A stretch of DNA of 64,000 bases from Octopus vulgaris (taxonomy: Eukaryota), in assembly GCA_951406725.2 (NCBI GenBank), contig OX597817.1, positions 99,510,001-99,574,000 on the forward strand, in the 5' to 3' direction. The notes beneath the pieces were generated by a model, which was not told where the DNA came from, searched no databases, and worked only from the letters and a program-made list of their open reading frames with translations. Positions 41,301 through 54,000 of the stretch are shown piece after piece. The position numbers and the translations under genes were made by a program. Numbering within the stretch: position 1 is the stretch's first letter; each line of letters starts with the position of its first letter.

Positions 41301-43527
41301 CTCACAGTCTACCCGCGCATCGTAGACTGTGTTGAAGTCTCCTAAAACAACTATAGGATGTGATGTACTCAGAAACTTTCCAAGGTTCCGAAAATAATCA
41401 CTTTGTTCCCCTTGACTGTGGGGTGCGTAAACCGCAACCAGCCTGATTGTCTTACGACTACTGAACGTCAAATCAACGACAACCAGTCTACCTTCTGGAT
41501 CTGAAAAAATCAACTTTTTCTCAGAACCAACATCACGCTTCCGCCGAACCAACATCACGCTTCCGCCGAACAGACGGCTCGGAGAGATAATTCTCTCGTA
41601 ATCGCCGAACAGCGGGAGCGGATCTCTTGGCCCCTTTAACCAGGTTTCTGTGGCAACAACTACATCTAAATCCCGTGATCTCTGATGTCATTTAGGAGGC
41701 GCCCTTGCTTCCAGTTCGACACCAGGCCACGCACATTTATTCACTCTACATGAATACGAGCCATCACCTACCTTTTAGTTGGTTTTCCTTTTTTCCGTTT
41801 GTCGTGGGGGGATGTCAGCATTATACAACGACTCGTGCAAGTCGAGACGCAGACCTCTGATGTCTTTTGGGTATTCCTCATGTATTATGTTGTAATTTAA
41901 CATGTCAATCTTACACACTTCTACATTTTGGGGCAATACCCTGTAAGTTCGAATTTTTTCCGCTGTTGGGGCTTCATTAATAAGTTTCACCAACCTATCA
42001 TTATCTTTGTTTATTGAGATGTACACCATCTCCAATCCTTTCATTTTTTCTTTGGGCTTTGTGGGGGTGATGGGGGGGACGGCGGGGAGTAGTTTGGGAG
42101 GGGAGGGAATTGTTCGACACTGGGAGGTGGGGGTGGGGTGGTTGTTCGGGTTGGGTTGGGGGGTCTTCTCTTTTTTTTTCTTTTGTGGGGAACCGTGGTT
42201 GGGTGGGGTAAATTTTCCCCCCTGTGTGTTATTTTTCTTTTTGTTTGTGCATGGGGTGGGTGGGTTTAAGTCTTCATTTTTTCTTTTTGGTGTGTTTTTT
42301 TCTGCCTCACCAGTGTGAAGGCATTTTCTTCTTCTGTTGTTTTCTCTTCCACCGTCTCTTTTTTTCCTCTTCTCCTCTGCTTCAGTCCTTTTTCTATCTA
42401 CTTCTTTCTTGCGGGTGGGGCAGTCTATACGTATGTGGCCTTTCTCACCACATCCGTAGCATCTCGGCTTTCGCCCCTCCACCACCACCCGCAAGTTTAT
42501 TTCATCGCTGAAATTAATATTTTCTGCGATCTCCTCCAATGTCTCTGGGGCCGCCTGCATCGTCACTTGTAGAGTTTGCCCTCTCCAGTTTTCCTTCCGT
42601 ATCTTCGTTATCTCTATAACACTTATTTTTTCTTCCAGCCCTATTAGTAAGGCTGGAAGCAACCACTCCGCCTCGTTTTCTGGAGGTATTTCCTCTATTT
42701 TTATTTTGGCGGTCCTCCGCCCCAAATAGGAAGGCAAGAGAGCAATATCACTCGCCATAATTGGGGTTAGCGAGTGCTTTCTTGCCATTTGCTCACTCTT
42801 AAAATAGACCATTATTGTGGCGTACTTTTTGCCCCATGTCACAAAATCTACGTCTTGCCATATGGGTTGCAGACACTTCTCTATCTGTTCTTTTGTTACT
42901 TTTTCGATTTTTTTCTCTTTTATTACAAATGACTTGTAAATCACTGTCCTTCTTTGTGTTTCGTTTTTAATTTCTTCTGGGAGGGTAGCTTTTATATTAT
43001 TCCCCTCCCTTACAAACATGTTTTAGTATTTTTCGTATTCTATGTCTTCCATTTTTATTTCCTCGGTCTTCCGTCCAGCGGCGGCTGCGAAGTTGTACGT
43101 TTTGGTTGCTTGTTTTTCTTTGGAAGGCAAACCTTCTATAACTTTAGCTGCAGACACAGCTTCACTTGAAGGCGAACCTTCGATAACTTTAACTGCAGGC
43201 GAACCTGCTTCACTTGAAGGTGAACCTTCGTCATTTGAAGCGGACAGTGTTTCCACTTCAAACAACATTTTTTTGACATCATGTCTTTTTTTTTTCATTT
43301 TTTCAAATGTATTGTTCATTTTTTTTACAAATGTAATGTTATATTTTTTTCCTTTGGTATGTAACGTTTAGCACTCTTCAACAACAATATTTTCCGGTAT
43401 TAAACCAGACGTTCAAAGTTCAAACAAAACAACAATTTTTTTAACAAACGCTAAACAGTTACTTACAAATTACTCAAAATAACACCACGCTTCAAAGACG
43501 GGAAAAATTAGACATCAATGAAACTGG
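38314..43527 (-). mobile_element. Tx1-group unit C1 (full length, frameshifted/deleted ORF2)
   Basis: ORF1 41775-43319 (CYGCGEKGHIRIDC; stop at 43023); ORF2 pieces 38556-41764. Confidence 0.92.
41775..43319 (-). pseudogene. C1 ORF1 (gag-like, CCHC knuckle, Pro/Lys-rich linker)
   Basis: ORFs 43023-43319 and 41775-43019 in one frame, separated by a stop. Confidence 0.85.
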
Positions 43528-45895
43528 ACTTGTTTTATTATTACCCACAAAGGGCGAACATAGAGGGTACAGGATGGAAGCACTCCGTCGGTAACGACGA
43601 TGAGGGTTCCAGTTGATCGGAATCAACGGAACAGCCTGCTCGTGAAATTAACGTGTAAGTGGCTGAGCACTCCACAGACACGTGCACCCTTAATGTAGTT
43701 CTCGGGGATATTCAGCGTGACACAGAGAGTGACAAGGCCGGCCCCTTGAAATACAGGTACAACAGAAACAGGAAGTAAGAGTGAGAGAAAGTTGTGGTGA
43801 AAGAGTACAGCAGGGATCACCACCATCCCCTGCCGGAGCGTCGTGGAGCTTTTAGGTGTTTTCGCTCAATAAACACTCACAACGCCCGGTCTGGGAATCG
43901 AAACCGCGATCCTATGACCGCGAGTCCGCTGCCCTAACCACTGGGCCATTGCGCCTCCACAGAGGGGACAGTACAATCGGGAAAAAATAAAATTAATGAG
44001 ATATGAAGTATGTATAAATGTGGTGTAATGCCCCACCCGATCCCCGAAATCAGGTGGTTACATTTCGTCATTTTTAATTACATTTTACAATATTTTCAAA
44101 AATAACTAAATACATTTTACAGCATTTCGCAATACATTCGACCGCAATACATTTCAAAAGGGAATTTCCAAAATACATTATCAATTGAATATTTTACAGA
44201 AAAATTGTTTTCCACAAATTCAAATATAAAGCTTTCATAATACATTTTCAAGATTTCAAAGTACATTTGAAATTAACAAAAGTTTTTTCTAATTCTTTTT
44301 TCTTTTTTTTTCCCAATAATTTTAAATCAGTTCCATTACCTTTCTCAGGTCGTTGTAATTTTCCATCTCTCGTGGGTATCTTAGCAGTCGGCACTTCGCA
44401 TGCCTTATTACGTTCACACCGGCGGCATCGATAAACGCATCGGCGCTGTCTTCATGGACCAGTGCACCCGTTTCCCTCCACTCCGTGCCCATCCTGACCC
44501 ATGAATATCCCTCTGTTTCACTTATTAATTCCTCCATCTCCCCACAGTGTCTGTAATGAACCAATGTTCCATAAAATTTATACCTTCTATTTGAACCTAT
44601 GTTCTCTTTAGTTTTCCTCTTCGGACCTACTTCTTCTTTACCTTCCTCTCTCGGTTATTCTCTTTCTCTCTTTTTGCTTTCCTTTTCTTTTTCCTTCTCT
44701 TGTCTTTTTGGCTCTTTGTCTGTCGTATGTTCTTTTCCTGTTTTTCTTTTTCTTTTTGTGTAACATCCTTTCCTTTCTCTTGATTCTGTTCCTTCTCTTG
44801 TTTTTTTCCTGTTTTTTCTCTTTCCGTTATTTTACTTTCTTTTTCTTTCTCTTGATTTTGTTTTGGTTCTTTCTCTATTACTTCTCTACCCTGTGGCTTT
44901 TGTTCTTTTTCTATTAATTTCTTCCCTTTGATTTCATTTTTCTTCCGTGTATTGTTATTTCCTTTTACCGTTGTTTCCTTTTCCTTGTTTTCTTTCTCCT
45001 TTAGTGTATTGTTCCTTTCTTCGGGTTCTTTTTCCTTCTCTTCTTTGTTTTCCTCTGCTCTTTCACACTCCGCCATAAATTCGTATAGCGGACATTCTTT
45101 TTTTATGTGTCCTCTTGTCCCACACAAGTAGCAGTTAGGTTTCCTCCCCTCCACGATTACGCTGGGGGTTTTTCCATCTTCTACTTCTATTTGGAAGGGA
45201 ATCTGTTTTATATCTCTGTTTGTGGCAGTCAGCCACATCTCTACCCCGAATCCCTTCCATTTCACTATGTTGGTCTCCTTTATCGACCCAATTTCTATCT
45301 CTTCCTCAGCTGACCCTAGGATGGCTGTTACCAGCCATTCTGTCTTCAATTCTGGGGGTATATTTGGGATTTTGACCCGTACCCCTCTTCTCCTTTTGTA
45401 AGTAGGCCACATGATAAAGTTTTCGGCTCGGAGTACGGTGGTAGCTAGCGAGGCCGCAACTTCCACCGTACCATATTTCTTGCCTTTGCACACAAAGGTT
45501 GCCTTCTTCATTACGTCGTCCAGACATTTTTCGATCTCTTCTATTGCTATTCTTGATAGCTTTCTTGTGATCTTGTCTTGTGTTCTATAAATTATTGTCT
45601 TGTCTTCATTTTCCTCCTTTGCTTCAGCAGGAGGGACCAGTTTCACGCTGTCACCCTCCCTTTCAACGAATTTCTCAAACTCTTTTAGCTGTTCTTTTTT
45701 GAAGAACACTTCTCTTACTGTAAGCGACGTATCGCTTTTCATTGCGGCGACCCCCGCGTAAGTCTCCATGACTTGAGGGTCGGCGCACCTTCTACAAAAA
45801 GGTTCCAACGCGCAGCGGCAAACGCCTCGCGCGATTCAATTTTCAATTTCTATACACAAAAATTACTAACTACTTAACGCAATCAATGAAACTGG
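43528..45895 (-). mobile_element. ORF1-only non-autonomous unit D (related to B, with an A-type 3' tail)
   Basis: ORF 44627-45808 (CYLCGTRGHIKKEC) plus C-terminal domain 44322-44564; TSD atcaatgaaactgg at 43514-43527 and 45882-45895. Confidence 0.9.
43573..43958 (-). mobile_element. tRNA-derived SINE nested in the 3' tail of unit D
   Basis: Sense A box TGGCCCAGTGG, B box TTCGATTCCC; body shared with the SINE at 2722-3048; TSD agaggg(t/g)acag. Confidence 0.88.
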
Positions 45896-46294
45896 ACTTG
45901 TTTTATTAATACTCACAAGGGGCGAACATAGAGGGGACAATACAACCTGATGTGGGGTCAGATTAACGGATGGGATTACAAAAAAGGTGAATTAAAAAAT
46001 TTACAAAAATGACAAAATAGCAAAAAATCGAATGAAGAACAGACCGGAAGACATTACGGATGGAGTGGGAGCGGGTTTAGCTCGGACCCCACGAGCCCCG
46101 CCTCCCCACTGATACTTTGGTTTCGTCTAGTTTTACATTTATGTCGTATCATCCACTCGCAACTTTCGTGCTACATCTTTCCATCGTTCTTCGTACACTC
46201 TCTTAGTCAGGCATTTTCTCTCCAGCCCTATCTTCCTTTTCAGGTGAATGAAGTAATTCATCAAACCAGGGCCGGAGATGAACTTGCCTGACCG

Positions 46295-48847
46295 TTAAGC
46301 TTTCATTCTCGTCTTCCATATCACCTCTTTCGCAAATGCTACTACAACGAGAAAACAATTCTTACCTTCTTTCGCGAGGAAATCTGGTGGGTCAATTTTT
46401 GTAATAGACTCAGTCGACAGCTGTACTCTTCGTGTGCTTGACAACAGCTGTTCGGCATAAACCCACACCTCAGACACGACCGAACAATGAACAATAGCGT
46501 GCGGGACGGTTTCCCCATCCCGCTCGCATCTTGGACATATCGGACTGTCTTGGCCACCGTGCCTTGCGAGATTATCCCGAACAGGTAGAGCTCTTCTGTA
46601 GCATTGCCATGCCAGAGACTTCTGGAAGTTGTCCAGTGTCTTCGGCTCGAACGTACGTCGGAACAGACTGGCCAGCTGATTATCGTCGAGACCTAGGGTT
46701 TCCCCCAAGGTATCTTCACATTCTGCCTCTACCAACCCTTTATAAAAGAATGTGGTGGAACCCCCACCGCAGGCGTTGCCCGAGCGACAGAATAGCAGGA
46801 GAGCCTTGCGATACTCCGTGTACCATGTGCCCAGTTTCGATCTACGATTCAGCAAGGTTTCCCATCCACCGAAACTAGTGAACTTGGGAAACATCAGTTT
46901 TGCTAGCGGAGACCACACCCGTTCACCATCCAGGTAGAGCCACAGATGTCTTAACCTCAGCGCATGTCTGCGCATCATCAACCAAGGCATCCCTAGCCCA
47001 CCCTTTAACGGTTGTTGACAGCAAGTAGAGCGTTTCACAAGTGGTTTCCCGCCCTTCCACAAGAAGTAGAAGAGTTGTCTTTCCAACTTGATCAACCACG
47101 AATCAGGGCAAGGAACGACGGAAAGGCGGTAGGTGATAACCGATGCGATAAACACATTGGCTACCTCCACCTTCCCTTTCAGGGATAGCCACCGCCAAGA
47201 CCAGGTCTTGGTTACTGCAGCCATCCTGCTCGATACCTCGCCCCAATTCTTCTCTATTTGGAGGTCTGGTCCAAACCAAACCCCTAGCAACTTAATCGGA
47301 CCCTCCGTCCAACGTCCCACGACGCTGTCAGGAGGCATCGACTTGCCTCTCCAGGTGCCGAGCTGCAAGCCGACTGACTTTTCACGATTAACTTTTGCTC
47401 CTGTTACCGTCTCGTAAACATCTATGGCCTTGCCTTTCCTCTGTAGGTGATCCATTTCGGTTACGATGATGGTGATGTCATCCGCATACGCTGACACCGA
47501 CATTCCACTACCTGGCTGTCTCCGGATGCCGCTCAGTTTTCGCAGTAATGGCTCAAGAGCCACCATGTACAAAAGCGGGGAGAGCGGACACCCTTGACGA
47601 ACCGAGCGCTTGATATTGAACGGCTTCGACAAGAAGCCGTTCACCCGAACTACCGAGTCGATGTCGTCGTAAATTTGGATAATCCACCTGAGGAAGCCAA
47701 GGCCCAGCCCGAACTGTGCCAGGGCAGATACCAGGTAGCGATGGTCGACCCTATCGAATGCTTTAGATTGGTCTAAATGGACCAGTGCTCCACCCTTGCC
47801 AGAATCACTATTAAACCCCTCTATAGTGTACCACATAAGATGGAGATTATCCTGAATGGTTCTGCCGGGAACGGCACATGTCTGTACCTCCCCGATCAGA
47901 CCATCCGCGACACGCGCCAATCTTTTCGATAACACTTTGGCCAAAATCTTCAACTCTGTGTTTAGCAGAGTGATGGGCCTGAAATTATCAATGCACTCCC
48001 CCTTGCTCGGGTCCTTTCTGACGAGTGTCACTACGCCCCGGCGCACAGATCTGGGTATGAACCCGTTCTGCTGCCAGTTCGCATAGACCTCCGCCAGTAG
48101 CTGCCCGAACAAGTCTGGCATACTTTTATATAACTCATAGGGTAGACCATCTAAACCCGGCGCCCTGCCCGCGCCGCAGTCCGCCATCGCCTCAACCACA
48201 TCCCCAGGCGTGATTGGCCCTTCACAGCCCTCCGCATCTTGCCCCGATAAGCGCGGCAGCCCGTCGAGGAGGTCCGTAAAGGCCCTCCTCCTATCCAGTC
48301 CGCCGCCCTCATCGAAAAGCTGAGTGAAGTGCTCCTGAAAGGCCTCACACATCTCCTCGGGCTCGTTTATCAACTCACCTTGTTGGTTCGTCATAGATCG
48401 AATCGTGGCGTCGTTACCACGCTGAGCTTCCACCACTCGGGCCCATCTCACGGCGTTGATTCCTTCACAACCCATTGCGCGGATCCTAGCCCTGACAATG
48501 CAGTCCATGTGTTTGGCCTCGAGGTGCTGGTTTAACGCCAGTCTCTTGGCCGTCACCTGAGCCGCAGAGCCAGCTTTCAAGGCTTCCTCTAATTCCTTAA
48601 CTAGAGTAGATTCCCTCCTAGCCTCTCTAGCCACTAATCCTATGCTATATCTAATAGACTCGAATTTGATAGCTCGCTTGAGGGCATACCACCATTTGTT
48701 ATTAATGATGGCACCAGATAACGCCCTCTGAATTATAGTCCTAATCCGGTCTCTGTACTCCTTAATCGCCAAAAGGGACGTATTAAGTTTCCAATAACCG
48801 GAGCCTCTGTTTTTAACCTTATTTATGTCAAGCTTACAGGTGACCAT
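46295..48847 (-). CDS. A3 ORF2: reverse transcriptase plus C-terminal Zn finger (endonuclease part frameshifted upstream)
   Basis: APGLDGLP, NFRPITLLN, LDQSKAFDRVDH, VRQGCPLSP, YADD, CPRC..ETVPHAIVHC. Confidence 0.9.
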   Translation of the reverse strand: MVTCKLDINKVKNRGSGYWKLNTSLLAIKEYRDRIRTIIQRALSGAIINNKWWYALKRAIKFESIRYSIGLVAREARRESTLVKELEEALKAGSAAQVTAKRLALNQHLEAKHMDCIVRARIRAMGCEGINAVRWARVVEAQRGNDATIRSMTNQQGELINEPEEMCEAFQEHFTQLFDEGGGLDRRRAFTDLLDGLPRLSGQDAEGCEGPITPGDVVEAMADCGAGRAPGLDGLPYELYKSMPDLFGQLLAEVYANWQQNGFIPRSVRRGVVTLVRKDPSKGECIDNFRPITLLNTELKILAKVLSKRLARVADGLIGEVQTCAVPGRTIQDNLHLMWYTIEGFNSDSGKGGALVHLDQSKAFDRVDHRYLVSALAQFGLGLGFLRWIIQIYDDIDSVVRVNGFLSKPFNIKRSVRQGCPLSPLLYMVALEPLLRKLSGIRRQPGSGMSVSAYADDITIIVTEMDHLQRKGKAIDVYETVTGAKVNREKSVGLQLGTWRGKSMPPDSVVGRWTEGPIKLLGVWFGPDLQIEKNWGEVSSRMAAVTKTWSWRWLSLKGKVEVANVFIASVITYRLSVVPCPDSWLIKLERQLFYFLWKGGKPLVKRSTCCQQPLKGGLGMPWLMMRRHALRLRHLWLYLDGERVWSPLAKLMFPKFTSFGGWETLLNRRSKLGTWYTEYRKALLLFCRSGNACGGGSTTFFYKGLVEAECEDTLGETLGLDDNQLASLFRRTFEPKTLDNFQKSLAWQCYRRALPVRDNLARHGGQDSPICPRCERDGETVPHAIVHCSVVSEVWVYAEQLLSSTRRVQLSTESITKIDPPDFLAKEGKNCFLVVVAFAKEVIWKTRMKA

Positions 48848-49537
48848 TTTATGATCACTGTAGCTGACCGGCTAAAACTGTGGACACTTAGCTATTTTTC
48901 TGTCTACTTTTCTAATTAGTATCCTATCTAAGTATGACCTGGAAGATCCGTCGCTGTTTGACCATGTCCACAATGGAGCGTTCGGAAAAATCCAACCTAT
49001 AAGGATCTGCTAGCTCAAAGCGGCTTAGCAGTTCCAGGAAGCCAATGTTACCTTTTCACGCAATCCAACACAATCTACATCCGCTTTGCAAATTGTGTTA
49101 AAGTCTCCTAGCACAACTAATGAATGCGAAGTACCAAGAAAGTTTTCCAGTTCTCGAAAATAATCACTTTGCCCTTTTTGGTTGGGTGCGTAAATCGCAA
49201 CCAGTCTGATAACTTTACCGTTACTGAACGTCAAATCCATGACGACCAGCCTACCTTCTGGGTCTGAAAAAATTAACTTTTTCTCAAAAACCCGGTTTCT
49301 TTTTAATAGGACCAACACCCCACCCCCACCTGTAGGACTGGCCGGAGAGAAAAAAACTCTCGTAGCCGTCGAACAGCGGGAGTAGACCTCTTGACCCCTC
49401 TAACCGGGTTTCTGTAGCAACAATAACATCCAAATTACGCGTTGATATCATTAAGGAAGCGACCTTGCTTCCAGCTCGATCCCAGGCCGCGCACATTTAA
49501 ACAACCAACATAAATGTAATCCATGACCTACCTTATA

Positions 49538-50810
49538 TCAGTGGTTCGACTTTTCCTTCTCTTCATTTTTTCCCTCTTTTTCTGGGCCTCGTGGGGGAGT
49601 CTGACTCAGGCCCTCGAATATATATGGTGATGATATATCCATTCTGAGAGGGCCCACGTCATGAAAAAATTCGGACTTTATCCGTCCGTAATCCTTCCGG
49701 CCTATTCTATACAATATGAAATCATTTCTCCTTCCAATTTTTTCTACCTTGGCCATAGCTGCCAACACATTACCGAGTCTATTATTTGAGGCCTTAATGG
49801 CCATAAATGAGTTTAAAGTCTCTCTTTTTTTCTTTTGGTTTACTTTCGGAGGGGTGGTTTCAGTTTTTCTTTTTTTCCTAGTGATTTTTGACCACCCCTC
49901 CTCATTTGTCGTTTCCTCCGCCGCCGGTTCCGCTGCCTCTGTCACCTCCACACCTTCAGCCGTCCCTTCTGGGCCGCCCGGCGCTGCTTCTGGTGACACC
50001 TCTTCTGTTCTTCCACCTGGCTGAGCTGCTTCCTGCGGTTTGGGTTGGCATTCTGCCCTTACATGCCCTTTCTTACCGCATCCGAAGCACCTCGGCTTTC
50101 TGCCCTCTACAAAGACTGTGACTCCTTCCTCTTCACTGATTTTCAGTGTCTCCGGAATCTCTTCCAGGGTTTGTATCTCTGCCTGGATGGCCATCGTTAT
50201 ACGCTGCCCCTTCCAACCTTCTTCCTCCCCTACTGTGGCCTGGAGGATGTTTATTTTTTCCTCCAGGCCTACCATAACTGCTGCCACCAGACATGTGGCG
50301 TCCGCTTCTGGCGGAACATTGTTCATTGTTATCCTTGAGGTTCCTTTGCCTCTATACAAGGGGAGGAGAACAATATTCTCCGCTTTCATGGGTTCCATGG
50401 ATAGCTTTTTGGCTACTTCCTCCGTCTCAAATCTCACCTCCACTGTGCCGTATTTCTTCCCGCGGTTGATGTACGCAATTTTATCCCATATCGGTTTCAG
50501 GCAGTTTTCCATCTTTTTTTCCTCTATTCTTTGTATAGACCTACTTGTGATGTTGAAAGTCTTGTATATTATTCTTTTTTTTATCAATCTCTTCCTGCTT
50601 TTGGGCATTCGCAACCACCGCTACTTCTGTGCCCTCCTTTATCAAACAGTCTGCGCATTTCTGCAGGTTTTCAGTGTTAATTTTTTCAATTTTCTTCCCA
50701 GCTACTTCAGAAAATCTTCCAGCCGGTGCTGGGGCTTCCTCTTTCTTCGGCGACACCGCCGGTGATCCTGCATCACTTGACACGGGTGAATAGGAGATGG
50801 GGGAGTCCAT
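49538..50810 (-). pseudogene. A3 ORF1 (frameshift near 50610)
   Basis: ORF 49538-50614 plus 50541-50942; CCHC knuckle. Confidence 0.85.
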
Positions 50811-51058
50811 CTCCGAAAACTGGCTTAACAAGCCCCTAGCACAACCGCGACAAAAAGTTTTTGGTTTTGCAAGCCTCAAATGCAGCAATAATGATAGTTT
50901 TTCCCCCACGGAGGGGGGAACACCAACACGAAGCCCTCGCACGAAGTATGATTACAATAATTGTACAACAACAGACAATACAAAGTCAACAGTACTTCAA
51001 AAACACAGTAGAATATAAAAGAGGAAAATATAATAACTCACTACGCAATGAAAAATGG

Positions 51059-54000
51059 ACTTGTTAGCTCTTATTTCTTTATTCACCATACGGTTTTACA
51101 TATAAAGACAGAACATCACGAATGATTTTACGTCAATATGTGTTGGGGTCTATTAAAAATTTACAAATGATTATATAATTCGGATGATAGGACATTTTTT
51201 ACACAAACAATTTCACAGATGGAGTGGGGCGGGCTTACGGACCCCACGAACCCCGTCACGACACTGATCTTAGGTTTTTTTTTTTCCTTTTTTTTCCGGC
51301 TTACCTCGCATTCATGAGGGTCCTTTTACTCACAACATTCTTCCATCTTTCATCGAACACTTTCTTACTCAGGCCCCTCCTCTCTAGTTCTATTTGTCTT
51401 TTTAGGTGGAATTTAAAATATTCCACCAGACTAGAACCAGAGATGAAGTTGCCTGCTATCACCCCTTTCATCCTCGTCTTCCATACTGCCTGTTTCGCAA
51501 TTGAAACCACAGAGAGAAAACAATTCTTACCTTCTTTCGTTAAGAAATTCGGTGGGTCAATTTTTACAATGGATTCAGTCGATAGCTGTACTCTTCCTCC
51601 ACTTGACAACAGTTGTTCGGCAAAAACCCACATGTCTGCCACCTCCGAGCACTGCACGACCGCGTGCGAGACGGTTTCCCTGTCTCGCCCACACCGCGGA
51701 CATGTCGGGCTGACTTGGCCACCGTGCCTTGCGAGTTTATCCCGAACAGGTAAGGCTCCTCGGTAACACTGCCAAGCTAAGGACTTCTGAAAATTATCCA
51801 GGGTCCTCGGCCCAAATGTACGTTGGAACAGACTGGCCAGCTGATTATCGTCGAAACCTAGGGTTTCCCCTAACGTATCATCGCAACCGGCCTCTACAAA
51901 CCCTCTATAGAAAACAGCGGTAGACCCACTGCCGCAGGCATTGCCCGAGCGACGGAATAGTCGGAGTGCCTTGCGACACTCCGTATACCATGTATCCAAC
52001 TTCGATCTGCGATTATACCAGGCTTCCCGTCCACCAAAACTGGTGAACTTGGGAAACATCTGTTTCGCCAACGGAGACCACACCCGTTCACCATCCAGAT
52101 GGAGCCACAGATGCCTTAACCTCAGCGCATTTCTGCGCATCATTAGCCACGGCATCCCTAGTCCACCCTTTAACGGTTTTTGACAACAAACAGAGCGTCT
52201 CACAAGTGGTTTCGAGCTCTTCCACAAAAAGTGAAAGAGCTGTCTTTCCAACTTGGTCAACCACGAATCCGGACAAGGCACGACGGCAAGGCGGTAGGTG
52301 ATCACCGATGCGATGAACGCATTGGCTACCTCCGCCCTACCTTTCAGGGATAACCACCGCCAAGACCAGGTCTTGGCTACTGCAGCCACCCTGCTCGATA
52401 CCTCGCTCCAGTTCTTCTCTATTTGGAGGTCTGGTCCGAACCAAACCCCAAGCAACTTAATCGGACCCTCCGTCCAACGTCCCACGACGCTGTCTGAAGG
52501 CATTGACTTGCCTCTCCAGGTGCCGAGCTGCAAGCCGACTGACTTTTCGCGATTAACTTTTGCTCCTGTCACCGTCTCGTAAACCTCTATGGCCTTGCCT
52601 ACTTTACGTAGGAGGTCCACTTCAGTCACGATGATAGTGATGTCATCCGCGTACGCCGAAACCGACATTCCACGACCTGGCTGCCTCGGGATGCCACTCA
52701 GTTTTCGCAGCAGCGGCTCGTGAGCCACTACATACAAAAGCGGGGAGAGTGGGCATCCTTGACGAACCGAGCATTTGACTCTGAACGGCTTAGAAATAAA
52801 GCCGTTCACCCGAACTACCGAGTCGACGTTATCGTACATTTCGATGATCCACCTGAGGAAGCCAAGACCCAGGCCGAACTGAGCCAGAACAGACACCAGG
52901 TAATGATGGTCGACCCTATCGAAAGCTTTTGATTGGTCTAAATGGACCACTGCCCCTCCCTTGCCGGGATCGCTATTAATTCCCTCTATAGTGTATCTAA
53001 TTAGATGGAGATTATCCCGAATGGACCTGCCAGGTACGGCACACGTTTGTGCCTTCCCTATTAGTCCATCCGCGACACGCGCCAATCTGTTTGATAACAC
53101 TTTGGCCAAAATCTTCAGCTCTGCGTTAAGCAGAGTGATGGGCCTAAAATTATCAATGACATCCCCCTTGTCCGAGTCCTTCCTGATTAGTGTCACCACT
53201 CCCCGGCGCCCAGATCTGGGAATAAACCCATTCTGCTGCCAGTTCGCGTAGACGTTCGCCAGTAAGTCCCCGAACAAGTCCGGCATACTTTTATAAAGCT
53301 CGTAGGGTAGACCATCCAGTCCTGGCGCCTTACCCGCGCCGCAGTCCGCCATGGCCTCTATTACTTCCCCAGGCGTGATCGGCTCCTCAATACACTTCGC
53401 GTCCTGCTCCGAGAGGCGCGGTAGCCCGTCGAGGAGGTCCGTTAGGTCCCTCCTCCTATCCGGTCCGCCGCTCCCCCCAAAGAGCCGGGCGAAGTGGTCC
53501 TGAAAAGCTTCACACATCTCCTCGGGCTCGTCTATCAACTTACCTTGTTGGTTCGTCAAAGATCGAATTGTGGCATCGTTGCCACGTTGGGCTTCCACCA
53601 CTCGGGCCCATCTCGCGGCATTAATTCCTTCGCTCCCCATTGCACGTTGTCTAGCCCTGACAATGCAACCCATGTGTTTGGCTTCGAGGTGCTGGTTCAA
53701 AACCAGTCTCTTGACCTTCACCTGGGCTGCCGTGCCAGTTCGCATTGCTTCCTCTAAGTCCTTAACTAGTGCTGATTCCCTTCTAGCCTCTCTAGCTACT
53801 AGATCTATACTATATCTAATGGACTCATATCTGATGGCTCGCTTGAGGGAATACCACCATTTGTTGTTAATTATGGTTCCGGTCAAAGCCCTCTGAATCA
53901 TTAACCTTATCCTGTCACTGTACTCCTTAATCGCCAAAAGGGACGTATTAAGTTTCCAGTAACCAGGACCTCTATTCGTCTTATCTATGTCTAGCCTACA

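Larger units (their letters stand above)
45896..51058 (-). mobile_element. Tx1-group unit A3 (full length)
   Basis: ORF1 49538-50810, ORF2 ~46110-49524 with an 850-aa open segment; same 3' UTR as A1/A2. Confidence 0.93.
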
